NCBI GenBank assembly: GCA_045105275.1
Contig: JBGCDJ010000006.1
Location: forward strand, 1,645 to 65,644
Origin: Candidatus Midichloriaceae bacterium
Lineage (GTDB): Bacteria > Pseudomonadota > Alphaproteobacteria > Rickettsiales > Midichloriaceae
Direction of reading: 5' to 3'
Length of the DNA: 64,000 nt
The translations under genes and the position numbers were made by a program. This document shows positions 19,295 to 28,019 of this stretch, in pieces. The notes under the pieces were generated by a model. The model saw only the letters and a list, made by a program, of their open reading frames with translations. It ran no database searches and was not told the origin of the DNA. Within the stretch, counting starts at the first letter, position 1; every line of letters begins with the position of its first letter.

Positions 19295-21746
19295 ATATTT
19301 CTTGTTGCTCATTTTCTAATATATCAAATATTGAATCTGAATCTAATGATTGTGGTGACGATATAATATTCTCTATCACTTTTGCATTTAATTGATCATT
19401 TACATAAGTAGATTCAGAACGATTGCTTTTAAAATTCTCAAGGATATATTTTTTATCTTGAAGAAAATCTTTTTCTTCAGTTATATCTCCTGTTTCTTGA
19501 TCAACATAACTTTTACTAATCGAATCTGGTACTTCAAATTCTCTATCAGGAATAAAGTTTAAATTTTTTAAAAAATCAACAAAAATTGGCAATGGAATAT
19601 TAGATCCTGCTGCATGTTTCCCCATATCTTTAGGTATATCGTATCCTACAAATACACCAATTGTTACATCTGGTGTCATACCTATAAACCATGTGTCCAA
19701 ACTATTATTTGTTGTTCCAGTTTTCCCTGCAATAGTTCTTTTTAGTACCTTAGCTCTTCGAGCTGAGCCTCTTTGCACTACACCTTCTAATAGTGAAAGA
19801 ATTTGGTAATTAGTTCCATCATCAGTTACTTTTTTGCCTAAAAATCCAATTTCAGGATCTAATCTTTGCTCATTTACTTCTTCCTGAAAGTGAGAGGGAG
19901 AATTATTTTTGTGATATAGATCTTTGGGTGAATATAATAATTCTCCATGTCGATTATATACGCTATCTATTAATTTCGGCTGCTTCATCACACCATTATT
20001 TGCAATGCTTGCATAAGCATTAGTCATTTTAAGTAAGGTAGTTTCGTATGCACCTAGTGCCATAGAATAAGTGGGTTTAATACTTGAATTATAAATTAGA
20101 TATCTTTTAGCTACGTCAGCTAATTTTTCTAGGCCTATGCCCAATACCAGCCTTAATGTAGATAGATTTCTGGATTTTTCAAATGCAGTTCTTACTGTTA
20201 TCAATCCATAATATTTATCTGAATAATTTTTTGGTTTCCAGATCGGCATGCCATTCCCTAAATCTATCTCAAGCGGCTCATCTAAAACTAATGTATTAGG
20301 TGGTATATTTTGCTCAAAAGCTGCGAGATATAAAAATGGCTTAAAAGCTGAGCCCGGTTGCCTTTGAGCCTGAGTTACTCTATTGAATTTACTTTGGCTA
20401 TAGTCGTACCCACCAACTAATGCTAAAATTTTACCAGATATGTTCTCAATAACTACCATACCTCCGTTAATCTCTGGTATTTGTTCTAATGTGTATTGTC
20501 CATTAGTGGCTTCATCAAGTAATATAACATCTCCAACTGCAAATTTTTGTTTTAGCTGTATTGCTAAGGATATATTTTTATTTAAAATCCATTCAAGGGA
20601 TAATTTTGATAACTTTATTTCCTTTTCATTTTGTAGTGTTACATTAAGGCCATCTTTATTTATTTTTGTAATAACTCCCAATAAAAAATAATCATGATAA
20701 TTATTTTTAGAAACTTTTTTTAAATTTGCGGTAATGTCATTTTTTATATCAATTTTTGCCAATGCTCCTCTCCACCCTCTTTTTTTATCATAATTTTTCA
20801 ACCCTTTTCTTAATGAATTTTGGGCAGCAGTTTGCAAGTCTAAATTGATATTAGTGTTAACGGTCAAGCCTTTTGAGTAAACGTTCTTTTCGTTAAATAA
20901 ATCAATTAATTCTGATTTAACGGCACCTGTATAATAATTTTCATACTTATTATTTCTGATTGGAGAGTTACTAAGTTGTATTGGAGAATTTATAGCATCT
21001 GCTCTCTCTTTGAAAGTTATAAAACCCTCTTCTTCCATTCTTTGTATCGCCCAATTTCTGCGCTCGAAAGCCCGCTCATAATTTTTATAGGGATTTAAAG
21101 TAGAGGGAGCTTTTGGTAATGAAGCTAATAGCGCAGCTTCTTCAATATTAATTGTATCTAGGCTTTTGCCAAAATAATTATAAGCAGCAACATAAATTCC
21201 ATAAGAATGGTGCCCAAGATATATTTGGTTTAAATATATCTCCAATATTTTTTCTTTAGAAAAAGATTTACTTACTCTATAGGCTAAAATTGCTTCTTTT
21301 AATTTTCTAACAAAACTCCGTTCATTAGTTAAGAAAAATCCCTTAACTACTTGTTGAGTTATAGTGGAGCCACCAACTAATCTTTTATTTCTTCCTATAT
21401 TTAAAATATTTTGCAAGGATGCGCGTAAAATACTTGTTAAGTCAACACCTTGATGTTCAAAAAAATTTTTATCCTCGGCAGCTATAAATGCATTTGTAAT
21501 AATATTAGGTATCTTATCATATCTAACATATACTCTTTTTTCTGATGCATATTCATCTAAAATTTCACCCTTTGGATCGTATAATCTAGTAATTCCAGAA
21601 GGCATGTAATTTGATAACTCTTCATAATCAGGAATATCTTGAAAAAAACTTGCAAAGAATAATAGACTTAAAAAACCTAGAGCAATAATAAAGGCAAAAA
21701 TAATAAAGAATATAAAAAACAGCTTATTGGTAAATTTACTCATCAA
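19263..21746 (-). CDS. mrcA: Penicillin-binding protein 1A
   Basis: Transglycosylase EDKNFFEH, GGSTITQQVVK, RKLKE; transpeptidase RQPGSAFKP (SxxK), SRN, KTGT. Confidence 0.97.
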   Translation of the reverse strand: MMSKFTNKLFFIFFIIFAFIIALGFLSLLFFASFFQDIPDYEELSNYMPSGITRLYDPKGEILDEYASEKRVYVRYDKIPNIITNAFIAAEDKNFFEHQGVDLTSILRASLQNILNIGRNKRLVGGSTITQQVVKGFFLTNERSFVRKLKEAILAYRVSKSFSKEKILEIYLNQIYLGHHSYGIYVAAYNYFGKSLDTINIEEAALLASLPKAPSTLNPYKNYERAFERRNWAIQRMEEEGFITFKERADAINSPIQLSNSPIRNNKYENYYTGAVKSELIDLFNEKNVYSKGLTVNTNINLDLQTAAQNSLRKGLKNYDKKRGWRGALAKIDIKNDITANLKKVSKNNYHDYFLLGVITKINKDGLNVTLQNEKEIKLSKLSLEWILNKNISLAIQLKQKFAVGDVILLDEATNGQYTLEQIPEINGGMVVIENISGKILALVGGYDYSQSKFNRVTQAQRQPGSAFKPFLYLAAFEQNIPPNTLVLDEPLEIDLGNGMPIWKPKNYSDKYYGLITVRTAFEKSRNLSTLRLVLGIGLEKLADVAKRYLIYNSSIKPTYSMALGAYETTLLKMTNAYASIANNGVMKQPKLIDSVYNRHGELLYSPKDLYHKNNSPSHFQEEVNEQRLDPEIGFLGKKVTDDGTNYQILSLLEGVVQRGSARRAKVLKRTIAGKTGTTNNSLDTWFIGMTPDVTIGVFVGYDIPKDMGKHAAGSNIPLPIFVDFLKNLNFIPDREFEVPDSISKSYVDQETGDITEEKDFLQDKKYILENFKSNRSESTYVNDQLNAKVIENIISSPQSLDSDSIFDILENEQQEISNNLENEEEE

Positions 21747-21848
21747 AAAAATATAGTATTGTAGTGTTTGTTTTTAACATTTCTTTTTTAATTTTAAAGG
21801 AAAAATTTAATATGGGATGAGTTTTGATTAAAATTTACTGCTTACACT

Positions 21849-22004
21849 TTTAGCGCATCCTAATTAGTAATGGGGAAGGTTTGCTTGATGATAAGGATGC
21901 GCTAAATACGTAGTCACCCGTTCAGCTACTTTGTATAACGGTACCATATCCAAATCACATATACAGCCTTTAGTTTCTTTATTCCCTACCATAAGTAGAC
22001 AAAG
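21849..22004 (-). ncRNA. Candidate structured ncRNA, copy 1 (three hairpins)
   Basis: 13-bp stem TTTAGCGCATCCT/AGGATGCGCTAAA (21849-21861/21894-21906) plus two bulged hairpins; covariation with copy 2. Confidence 0.6.
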
Positions 22005-22068
22005 GCATGTGTCTTTATAAGAAATAAGTTATGCTGGTTTTTAATAATAACGTATTATATTTTGCATT

Positions 22069-22220
22069 TTCAGCGCATCCTAATGAGTAGTGGGAAGGTT
22101 TGCTTGATGATAAGGATGCGCTAAATATGCAGTCACTCATTCAGCTACTTTGAAATACCGTACCACATACAAACCACATATACAACCCCTAGTTTTACTT
22201 TCTACCATAAGCAGGTAAAG
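22069..22220 (-). ncRNA. Candidate structured ncRNA, copy 2
   Basis: Diverged tandem copy offset by 220 bp; stem 22069-22081/22113-22125; substitutions keep pairing on the minus strand. Confidence 0.6.
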
Positions 22221-22262
22221 TGAGCTAACTTTGCTTGCTATATTTTTTTTATTAAATATTTA

Positions 22263-22291
22263 TTTACTTCATTTTTGCAAAACACTATAAT
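22263..22291 (+). promoter_or_regulatory. Sigma70-type promoter for ffh
   Basis: TTTACT-N17-TATAAT, 27 nt before the ffh ATG. Confidence 0.65.
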
Positions 22292-22318
22292 TTGGCAGAA
22301 TAAATTAATGATTATACG

Positions 22319-23683
22319 ATGTTTTCTTCATTAAGTGAGAATTTTATAAAAACCTTTGATAAAATTAAGCGCAAAGGAACGATATCGCAAGATGATTTGG
22401 AGGTAGCTTTACGTGAAATAAGAATATCAATGCTTGAGGCTGATGTTGCGCTAGGTGTTACAAAAGAATTTATTGCTAATATTAAAAATAAAGCTATTGG
22501 AGAAGAAGTTGTGAATAGCGTAACTCCTGGGCAAATGATAGTTAAAATTGTCCATGATGAGTTAAAAAATATTTTAGGAGCAGAGGAACAAGATATAAAT
22601 TTAAAAATATCGCCTCCTGCAATAATAATGTTAGTTGGGTTACAAGGTGTTGGAAAAACAACAACTGCTGCTAAATTAGCGGCATATTTAAGAAAAAAAT
22701 ATAAGAAAAAAGTGTTACTTGCATCGTTAGATACATATAGACCAGCTGCCCAAGAGCAACTTGCAACTCTTGGTAAGCAAATTTCAGTTAATACCTTGCC
22801 TATTGTTTATGAGCAGCTTCCTCTTGATATAGCCAAAAGAGCAATAGAGGAAGGAAAAGCAGAATCATTTGATTTAATAATTTTGGATACTGCAGGTAGG
22901 TTGCATTCTGATGAAAAATTAATTGATGAAATTATTTCTATAAAACGCATAACTAATCCCATTGAAACTTTGTTAGTAGCGGACTCTATGGCAGGGCAAG
23001 ACGCAGTGAATAGCGCTAAAAAATTTCATGACTCGATAAAATTAACGGGGGTTATATTAACTAGAATTGATGGTGATTCAAGAGGCGGAGCTGCACTAAG
23101 TATAAAATATATTACAGGATGCCCCATTAAGTTTATCGGGCACGGTGAAAAAATATCTGATTTAGAAAAATTCTATCCTGAGAGGGTAGCATCAAGGATT
23201 CTTGATATGGGAGATGTTGTTACTTTGGTTGAGAAAGCTATAGATACAGTAGGTGAAGAGGATGTTGAGCAACTAACCAGGAAAATGCAAAAGGGTAATT
23301 TTGACATGGAAGATTTGAGAAAGCAGCTCAATAATTTGAAAAAAATGGGAGGCATATCTTCGATAATGGGGATGTTGCCAGGTTTTAAAGTGATAAAGCA
23401 GGCTTTGGGCTCAGATAAATTTGATAAAAGCGTTATAACGAAACAAGAAGCAATAATAGATTCTATGACGAAAAAAGAAAAAAGATATCCAAAAATAATG
23501 AATGCATCAAGGAAAACTAGAGTAGCCAAGGGGGCAGGAGTTACTGTTCAAGATATTAATAAATTGTTAAAGCAATTTTTGGAAATGCAAAAAATGATGA
23601 AAAAAGTGGGCAAATTTGACGAAAAGAATTTAAGAAATTTTGGAAACATGTTAGATAATAAGTATAAAAATAAAATTTTATGA
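22319..23683 (+). CDS. ffh: Signal recognition particle protein Ffh
   Basis: GLQGVGKTTT, DTAGRLH, TRIDGDSRGGAALS, Met-rich M domain. Confidence 0.99.
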   Translation: MFSSLSENFIKTFDKIKRKGTISQDDLEVALREIRISMLEADVALGVTKEFIANIKNKAIGEEVVNSVTPGQMIVKIVHDELKNILGAEEQDINLKISPPAIIMLVGLQGVGKTTTAAKLAAYLRKKYKKKVLLASLDTYRPAAQEQLATLGKQISVNTLPIVYEQLPLDIAKRAIEEGKAESFDLIILDTAGRLHSDEKLIDEIISIKRITNPIETLLVADSMAGQDAVNSAKKFHDSIKLTGVILTRIDGDSRGGAALSIKYITGCPIKFIGHGEKISDLEKFYPERVASRILDMGDVVTLVEKAIDTVGEEDVEQLTRKMQKGNFDMEDLRKQLNNLKKMGGISSIMGMLPGFKVIKQALGSDKFDKSVITKQEAIIDSMTKKEKRYPKIMNASRKTRVAKGAGVTVQDINKLLKQFLEMQKMMKKVGKFDEKNLRNFGNMLDNKYKNKIL

Positions 23684-24246
23684 AAAATCTGAAGGATAAT
23701 GAAAAAATAAAGAAGCTATCGGAAGCTTTAAGAAAAAACCTAAAGAGAAGGAAAACAAACAATAAGAAAGATAATAATGAGAAAAGTATGAAAAATAAAT
23801 CTATTAAGTTAGCTTTGGTATTAATTTTATCAGGTATGCTAGTATCCTGTGGTAAAAAAACAGAAAGAGTTGGATACTTTCTAAGTAATGAAAAACTAGA
23901 TGCTATAAAAATTAACCAAACCTCTGAAAAAAATCTCTTGGAGATTTTAGGAGAGCCTACTACAAAATCAAGTTTTGGTCCAAAGACCTACTATTATATG
24001 GAGCGCCAATATGAGCAGGTTGCATTTTTTCAGCCAAAATTAAAAGAGCAAAAAATTGTGGCCATAGAATTAGATTCAAAAAATATAATCAAAAAAATTA
24101 CTACGTACGATGCGAAGGATGCAAATATTTTGAATTATGACTCTGCTCAAATTACAATAAAAGGTAATAAAATTGGAGTGCTAGAGCAATTTGTAAGTAA
24201 TATAGGGAAATTTAGCTCTAAAGCACAAAAAGGTAATGCAAAGTGA
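23680..24246 (+). CDS. bamE: Outer membrane assembly lipoprotein BamE; probable true start ATG 23788
   Basis: Signal peptide MKNKSIKLALVLILSGMLVSC from 23788; ILGEPTTKSSFGPKTYYY SmpA/OmlA motif. Confidence 0.85.
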   Translation: MKNLKDNEKIKKLSEALRKNLKRRKTNNKKDNNEKSMKNKSIKLALVLILSGMLVSCGKKTERVGYFLSNEKLDAIKINQTSEKNLLEILGEPTTKSSFGPKTYYYMERQYEQVAFFQPKLKEQKIVAIELDSKNIIKKITTYDAKDANILNYDSAQITIKGNKIGVLEQFVSNIGKFSSKAQKGNAK

Positions 24247-24280
24247 TTTTTTAAACTAGTGCGGTATTATTATCACAACA

Positions 24281-24844
24281 ATGATTATTATATTTAGTAA
24301 AAATAATTACCTAGAACAAGCTCTAAGAAATTTCAAAATATATCAAAATTTAAAAATCAAAACAACACAGGATAAAAATCAATTAGAGGGAAAGGATAGG
24401 GTTTGTATAATTGATGAAATGGAGAGTAATAGTAATCAATGTCAAATTTCTATTACCTTATCAAAGATAGGAATTGCAAATTTACAAAAACCCTTTCACA
24501 TCTCAAGTTTGAATATTTTGATTATTAAGTGTTTAACAAAACTTAATAACTATATATTTTTAAATAAATTTTCTTTTTTTTATAATGAAAGATTATTGAT
24601 AAATAATAATAATAAAGTTATTAAATTGACTGAAAAAGAGGCGAGTTTGTTAAATTTTATTTTAAAAAGTCCGAATTTTGTTATAAATAAAAATGAAGCT
24701 CTTGATAAGTTATGGCAATATAATATTGACTCGGAAACATCAACTCTTGAGACGCATATTTACCTTTTAAAATCAAAATTTAAAAAGCTTGGCTTTGAAG
24801 ATGTATTGTCAATTCAAAAAGATAAAATGAATTTTAATATATAA
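24281..24844 (+). CDS. OmpR/PhoB-type winged-helix regulator with a degenerate receiver domain
   Basis: KLTEKEASLLNFI...LWQY...TSTLETHIYLLKSK; short N-terminal part. Confidence 0.85.
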   Translation: MIIIFSKNNYLEQALRNFKIYQNLKIKTTQDKNQLEGKDRVCIIDEMESNSNQCQISITLSKIGIANLQKPFHISSLNILIIKCLTKLNNYIFLNKFSFFYNERLLINNNNKVIKLTEKEASLLNFILKSPNFVINKNEALDKLWQYNIDSETSTLETHIYLLKSKFKKLGFEDVLSIQKDKMNFNI

Positions 24845-24846
24845 AT

Positions 24847-24863
24847 TTGGTATGTTAATTGCT
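24847..24863 (+). promoter_or_regulatory. Sigma54 (-24/-12) promoter upstream of fliK-flgD
   Basis: TTGGTATGTTAATTGCT: exact GG-N10-GC spacing, 32 nt before the fliK ATG. Confidence 0.7.
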
Positions 24864-24895
24864 ATATATGCTAGTGGACATTATAAATGTGTTAA

Positions 24896-26116
24896 ATGAC
24901 GGACATAGCTACACAAATTAATCAGCCAAATTTAGCTGCACAAGGCGCTCAAAAATCTTGTGATTTTTCAGATGGTGCTAGACAAGATAGGGAGACTAAT
25001 TTTGATGAAATATTGCAAAGTATATCTACTGGAGATAATGCTGTTGAAGATGAAAAAAAGGTTCAGCCTACAAGAGATTTAAATAATATCCAAAATAAAG
25101 TTGATGGCAATGATACGAGTAGTGATGAAGTTACAATGGAGGAATATTTACAAATTGTACCTAGAAAAATAGCTATAGATACTAGAGCTCAAAATGACTT
25201 AAGTCTTCTTACTTTGGATGAAAATATCCCAATCGATGATGAAAATCAAGCGCAGGCTACTTGCGAGCTAGCCGAGCTAGATTTTTTTTGCGAGCCTACT
25301 CAATTATTTTATGAAGATTATGCGCAAGGTGAAAAAAGTAATAATACTGCGTTATTGCAAGCAAAAATAGAGGCTGCCGAATTTACTGGTGATGATGTTA
25401 GGTTCATCGGAATGGGGAAAAAAATTGAAGTAGATCTTCCAAAAGTCCAATTAAAATATTCAGAATCAGGAGTATACTTTCAAAATCAGGTGGATACTTA
25501 TGATAGTTTGTCATTTGTTTCATCTGGAGTTGATACAAAAGATATAAGAAGTACAGAATTTGTTGATTTGAGTTTTAAATTTAGTGAAAATTTATCAGAT
25601 GCAGATTATAGATATGGGCATAATGCTTACTATAATGGTACAAAATCAATTACGAGTGCTAAGATGAATTTTTCTTTGGATAGCTTAAATAATAAATTGA
25701 TTAACCAGGTAAATTTTTTAATATCTGCTACAGCTAATCAAAAAGATAATAATACTATAGTACAACTAGAACCTGCAGAGCTGGGTAAAATTGAAATAAT
25801 AGTGAATAATCAAGGAAAAGAACGAAACATCATAGTCAACTCCGATAAAATATCCACATTTGAGCTTCTAAAAAAGCATAGTGATGAATTTTTAAGTAGT
25901 GTTAAATCAAGTGATTCTGAAAATGGCATCGCAACAAACCTCACTTTTAATTATAAAGATTTGAGCCAAAATAATCAGACTGAAGATCAATCACAAAAGG
26001 GGCGACTGTCAGTTGAAGGAAAAAATGACACTGTATTAAACGGAGTTGCAGAGCATAGAATGTCACTTATATTCATGCCATTTGATGTTGACAAAAATGT
26101 AGACGTATGGGTATAG
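24896..26116 (+). CDS. fliK: Flagellar hook-length control protein FliK
   Basis: Acidic disordered N-terminus; C-terminal IVQLEPAELGKIEI...TFELLK T3S4 motif; followed by flgD. Confidence 0.88.
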   Translation: MTDIATQINQPNLAAQGAQKSCDFSDGARQDRETNFDEILQSISTGDNAVEDEKKVQPTRDLNNIQNKVDGNDTSSDEVTMEEYLQIVPRKIAIDTRAQNDLSLLTLDENIPIDDENQAQATCELAELDFFCEPTQLFYEDYAQGEKSNNTALLQAKIEAAEFTGDDVRFIGMGKKIEVDLPKVQLKYSESGVYFQNQVDTYDSLSFVSSGVDTKDIRSTEFVDLSFKFSENLSDADYRYGHNAYYNGTKSITSAKMNFSLDSLNNKLINQVNFLISATANQKDNNTIVQLEPAELGKIEIIVNNQGKERNIIVNSDKISTFELLKKHSDEFLSSVKSSDSENGIATNLTFNYKDLSQNNQTEDQSQKGRLSVEGKNDTVLNGVAEHRMSLIFMPFDVDKNVDVWV

Positions 26117-26147
26117 TTGAGTTATATAACGGTTTCAAGTTTGCTTT

Positions 26148-26963
26148 ATGTCTGGGGTAGAATCATCAAAATTAAGTCCAAATTCTTCTGATAACAGTTC
26201 AGTTGATAAAATTGCGAAAGAAAGAAAAGCTTTGGCAGAAGAGAAGCAACGCTTTATGAGCTTTTTTGTGGAATCTTTGAAAGGGCAAGATCCAACTGCA
26301 CCTACGGATCATTCTCAAGTAATTAACACTATGCTATCATACCAAAATACAACTAATTTGATGGATATTAAAGGATTGCTATATGATTCATTCCATGAAA
26401 GTGATGAAGCGAAATTATCCAATATTTCTCGTCAGCTTGGTCAGGGGGTGATAATTAAAGGTAATGATATTGAGCTTACAGAGTCAGAAGAAAATGGTAA
26501 AAAAGTTTTGAAAGCAGATATGACATACCAGTTAGAAGATAAAGCGAAAAGTGTGAAAATTTTAATTAAAGATAAAAATGATACAGTAATTGCAGAGATA
26601 GAGAATGCTGGAAAAAATAAAGGAATGAATGCGATTACGTGGGATGGAAAGCTAACCAAGGATGGGTCTAATGCAAGAATGGCTGATTTAGGCAAATATA
26701 CCTATGAAGTAGTTGCTACTGACGCAAGTGGCAATGATATGAAAGTAGTCACCTATAGTGGTACTCAACACACTATAGATAAAGTCTTTTTGGATTATAA
26801 AGGTTCGCCTGTATTTAATTCAGGTGGGAAACAATTTTATCAAGATCAAATTTTCGGTTATCAAGCTGGCAATGGTGCTGGTAACGACAATTTATTAAAC
26901 TTGAAAAAATATGGAATAAAAGATTTGGGTGCAGAATTTTTTACTACAAATACCGAAGCATAA
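26148..26963 (+). CDS. flgD: Flagellar hook capping protein FlgD
   Basis: SLKGQDPTAPTDHSQVI; FlgD Ig domain ITWDGK...GKYTYEVVATD. Confidence 0.9.
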   Translation: MSGVESSKLSPNSSDNSSVDKIAKERKALAEEKQRFMSFFVESLKGQDPTAPTDHSQVINTMLSYQNTTNLMDIKGLLYDSFHESDEAKLSNISRQLGQGVIIKGNDIELTESEENGKKVLKADMTYQLEDKAKSVKILIKDKNDTVIAEIENAGKNKGMNAITWDGKLTKDGSNARMADLGKYTYEVVATDASGNDMKVVTYSGTQHTIDKVFLDYKGSPVFNSGGKQFYQDQIFGYQAGNGAGNDNLLNLKKYGIKDLGAEFFTTNTEA

Positions 26964-27052
26964 CATCAGCTCGAAATAGTCAATTTTTTGTCGAGCAAAT
27001 ATAATACGTTAACACTATAAAAGTAGCGAGTGGGTTCTTAAATTTTTATATA

Positions 27053-28012
27053 TTATGCAATTTTAATGTATGAACTTTTCCTTAGATTCTTAATAAAATT
27101 CTTCAAATTTAAGTTCAATTTTTGATTGTAAAGTATATTTCTAACTTCATCCTCGCTGAGTTGTTTCTGTACAGTACTTAATTTTTTGATATCATTAATT
27201 TTCAAAATAATAATACTATCGTTTGTTTCAATAGGCTTGCTTATAGCTCCGACATTAAAAGCATTGCTAAATGAATCACTGATACTATTTGATAAATTAG
27301 CTACCTTAACCCAGCCAATAAGTCCATTATTTAAGGAAGTCTTACTTTGTGAAAATTGTTTTACTAAATTTTCATAAGATTCCCCTTCACTTATCGATAA
27401 ATAAATGCGAGTTAAGGTTTTTTCAAGATCCTCATTACTAGCTCTATCCTTATATAGAATGATTTCACAAAGCTTAAGTTCTGTGGCAGGATTTATCCGT
27501 GATGATTTATTAAAGTTCTTAGAGATGACCTTTAAATTATCTGCTACTTCTTGCTTTGAAACAGAAGTCTCTGATTCTATTTGATGTTCTATTAGTTTTT
27601 TTAATAAAAGTTGTGATTTTATATAATTGAATAGACTTTGTTTGGTTATTTTGAATTTTTTAGCTAATTCATCTAAGCTGTTTAATCCACGATCACTCAC
27701 TATATCATTTACATATTGATCTATATGCTTTTCTGAAATTGAAATGCTATTCCTTTTTGCTATTTGAGACAACAATTTTTCGTCAATCATTGACTGGACT
27801 ATATCAATTTTTTGATTAGCATTAATTTTTATGTTATTTAAAAATTCTAATAATTGAATTCTATTTTTTAGTTCAAATGAAGTAATAATTTCTTCATTAA
27901 CATAAGCAACAATTGTATCTTGGTGCGAATTGGCAAAAGTTGTGCTAAATAGTATTGCCGATGCAATAAACAATTTGCTGATTAAAATAGTAAATTTTTT
28001 CCTGATATTCAT
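27053..28012 (-). CDS. surA: SurA-family chaperone/PPIase
   Basis: IVAYVNEEIITSFEL, MIDEKLL, parvulin LVKQFSQ...GLIGWV; follows lptD. Confidence 0.88.
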   Translation of the reverse strand: MNIRKKFTILISKLFIASAILFSTTFANSHQDTIVAYVNEEIITSFELKNRIQLLEFLNNIKINANQKIDIVQSMIDEKLLSQIAKRNSISISEKHIDQYVNDIVSDRGLNSLDELAKKFKITKQSLFNYIKSQLLLKKLIEHQIESETSVSKQEVADNLKVISKNFNKSSRINPATELKLCEIILYKDRASNEDLEKTLTRIYLSISEGESYENLVKQFSQSKTSLNNGLIGWVKVANLSNSISDSFSNAFNVGAISKPIETNDSIIILKINDIKKLSTVQKQLSEDEVRNILYNQKLNLNLKNFIKNLRKSSYIKIA

Positions 28013-28019
28013 AATTATA

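Noticed and set aside
21864-21992. 42-codon minus-strand ORF (MVGNKETKGC...QANLPHY) inside repeat copy 1 as a type I toxin peptide
   Set aside because: The equivalent frame in copy 2 has an internal TGA and the peptide is not hydrophobic; substitutions fit RNA pairing better than coding
21849-22220. Tandem elements as a CRISPR array or SRP (4.5S) RNA next to ffh
   Set aside because: Only two long units, no short repeat-spacer pattern and no cas genes; the SRP helix-8 motif (CAGG...GGAA...AGCAG) is absent on both strands
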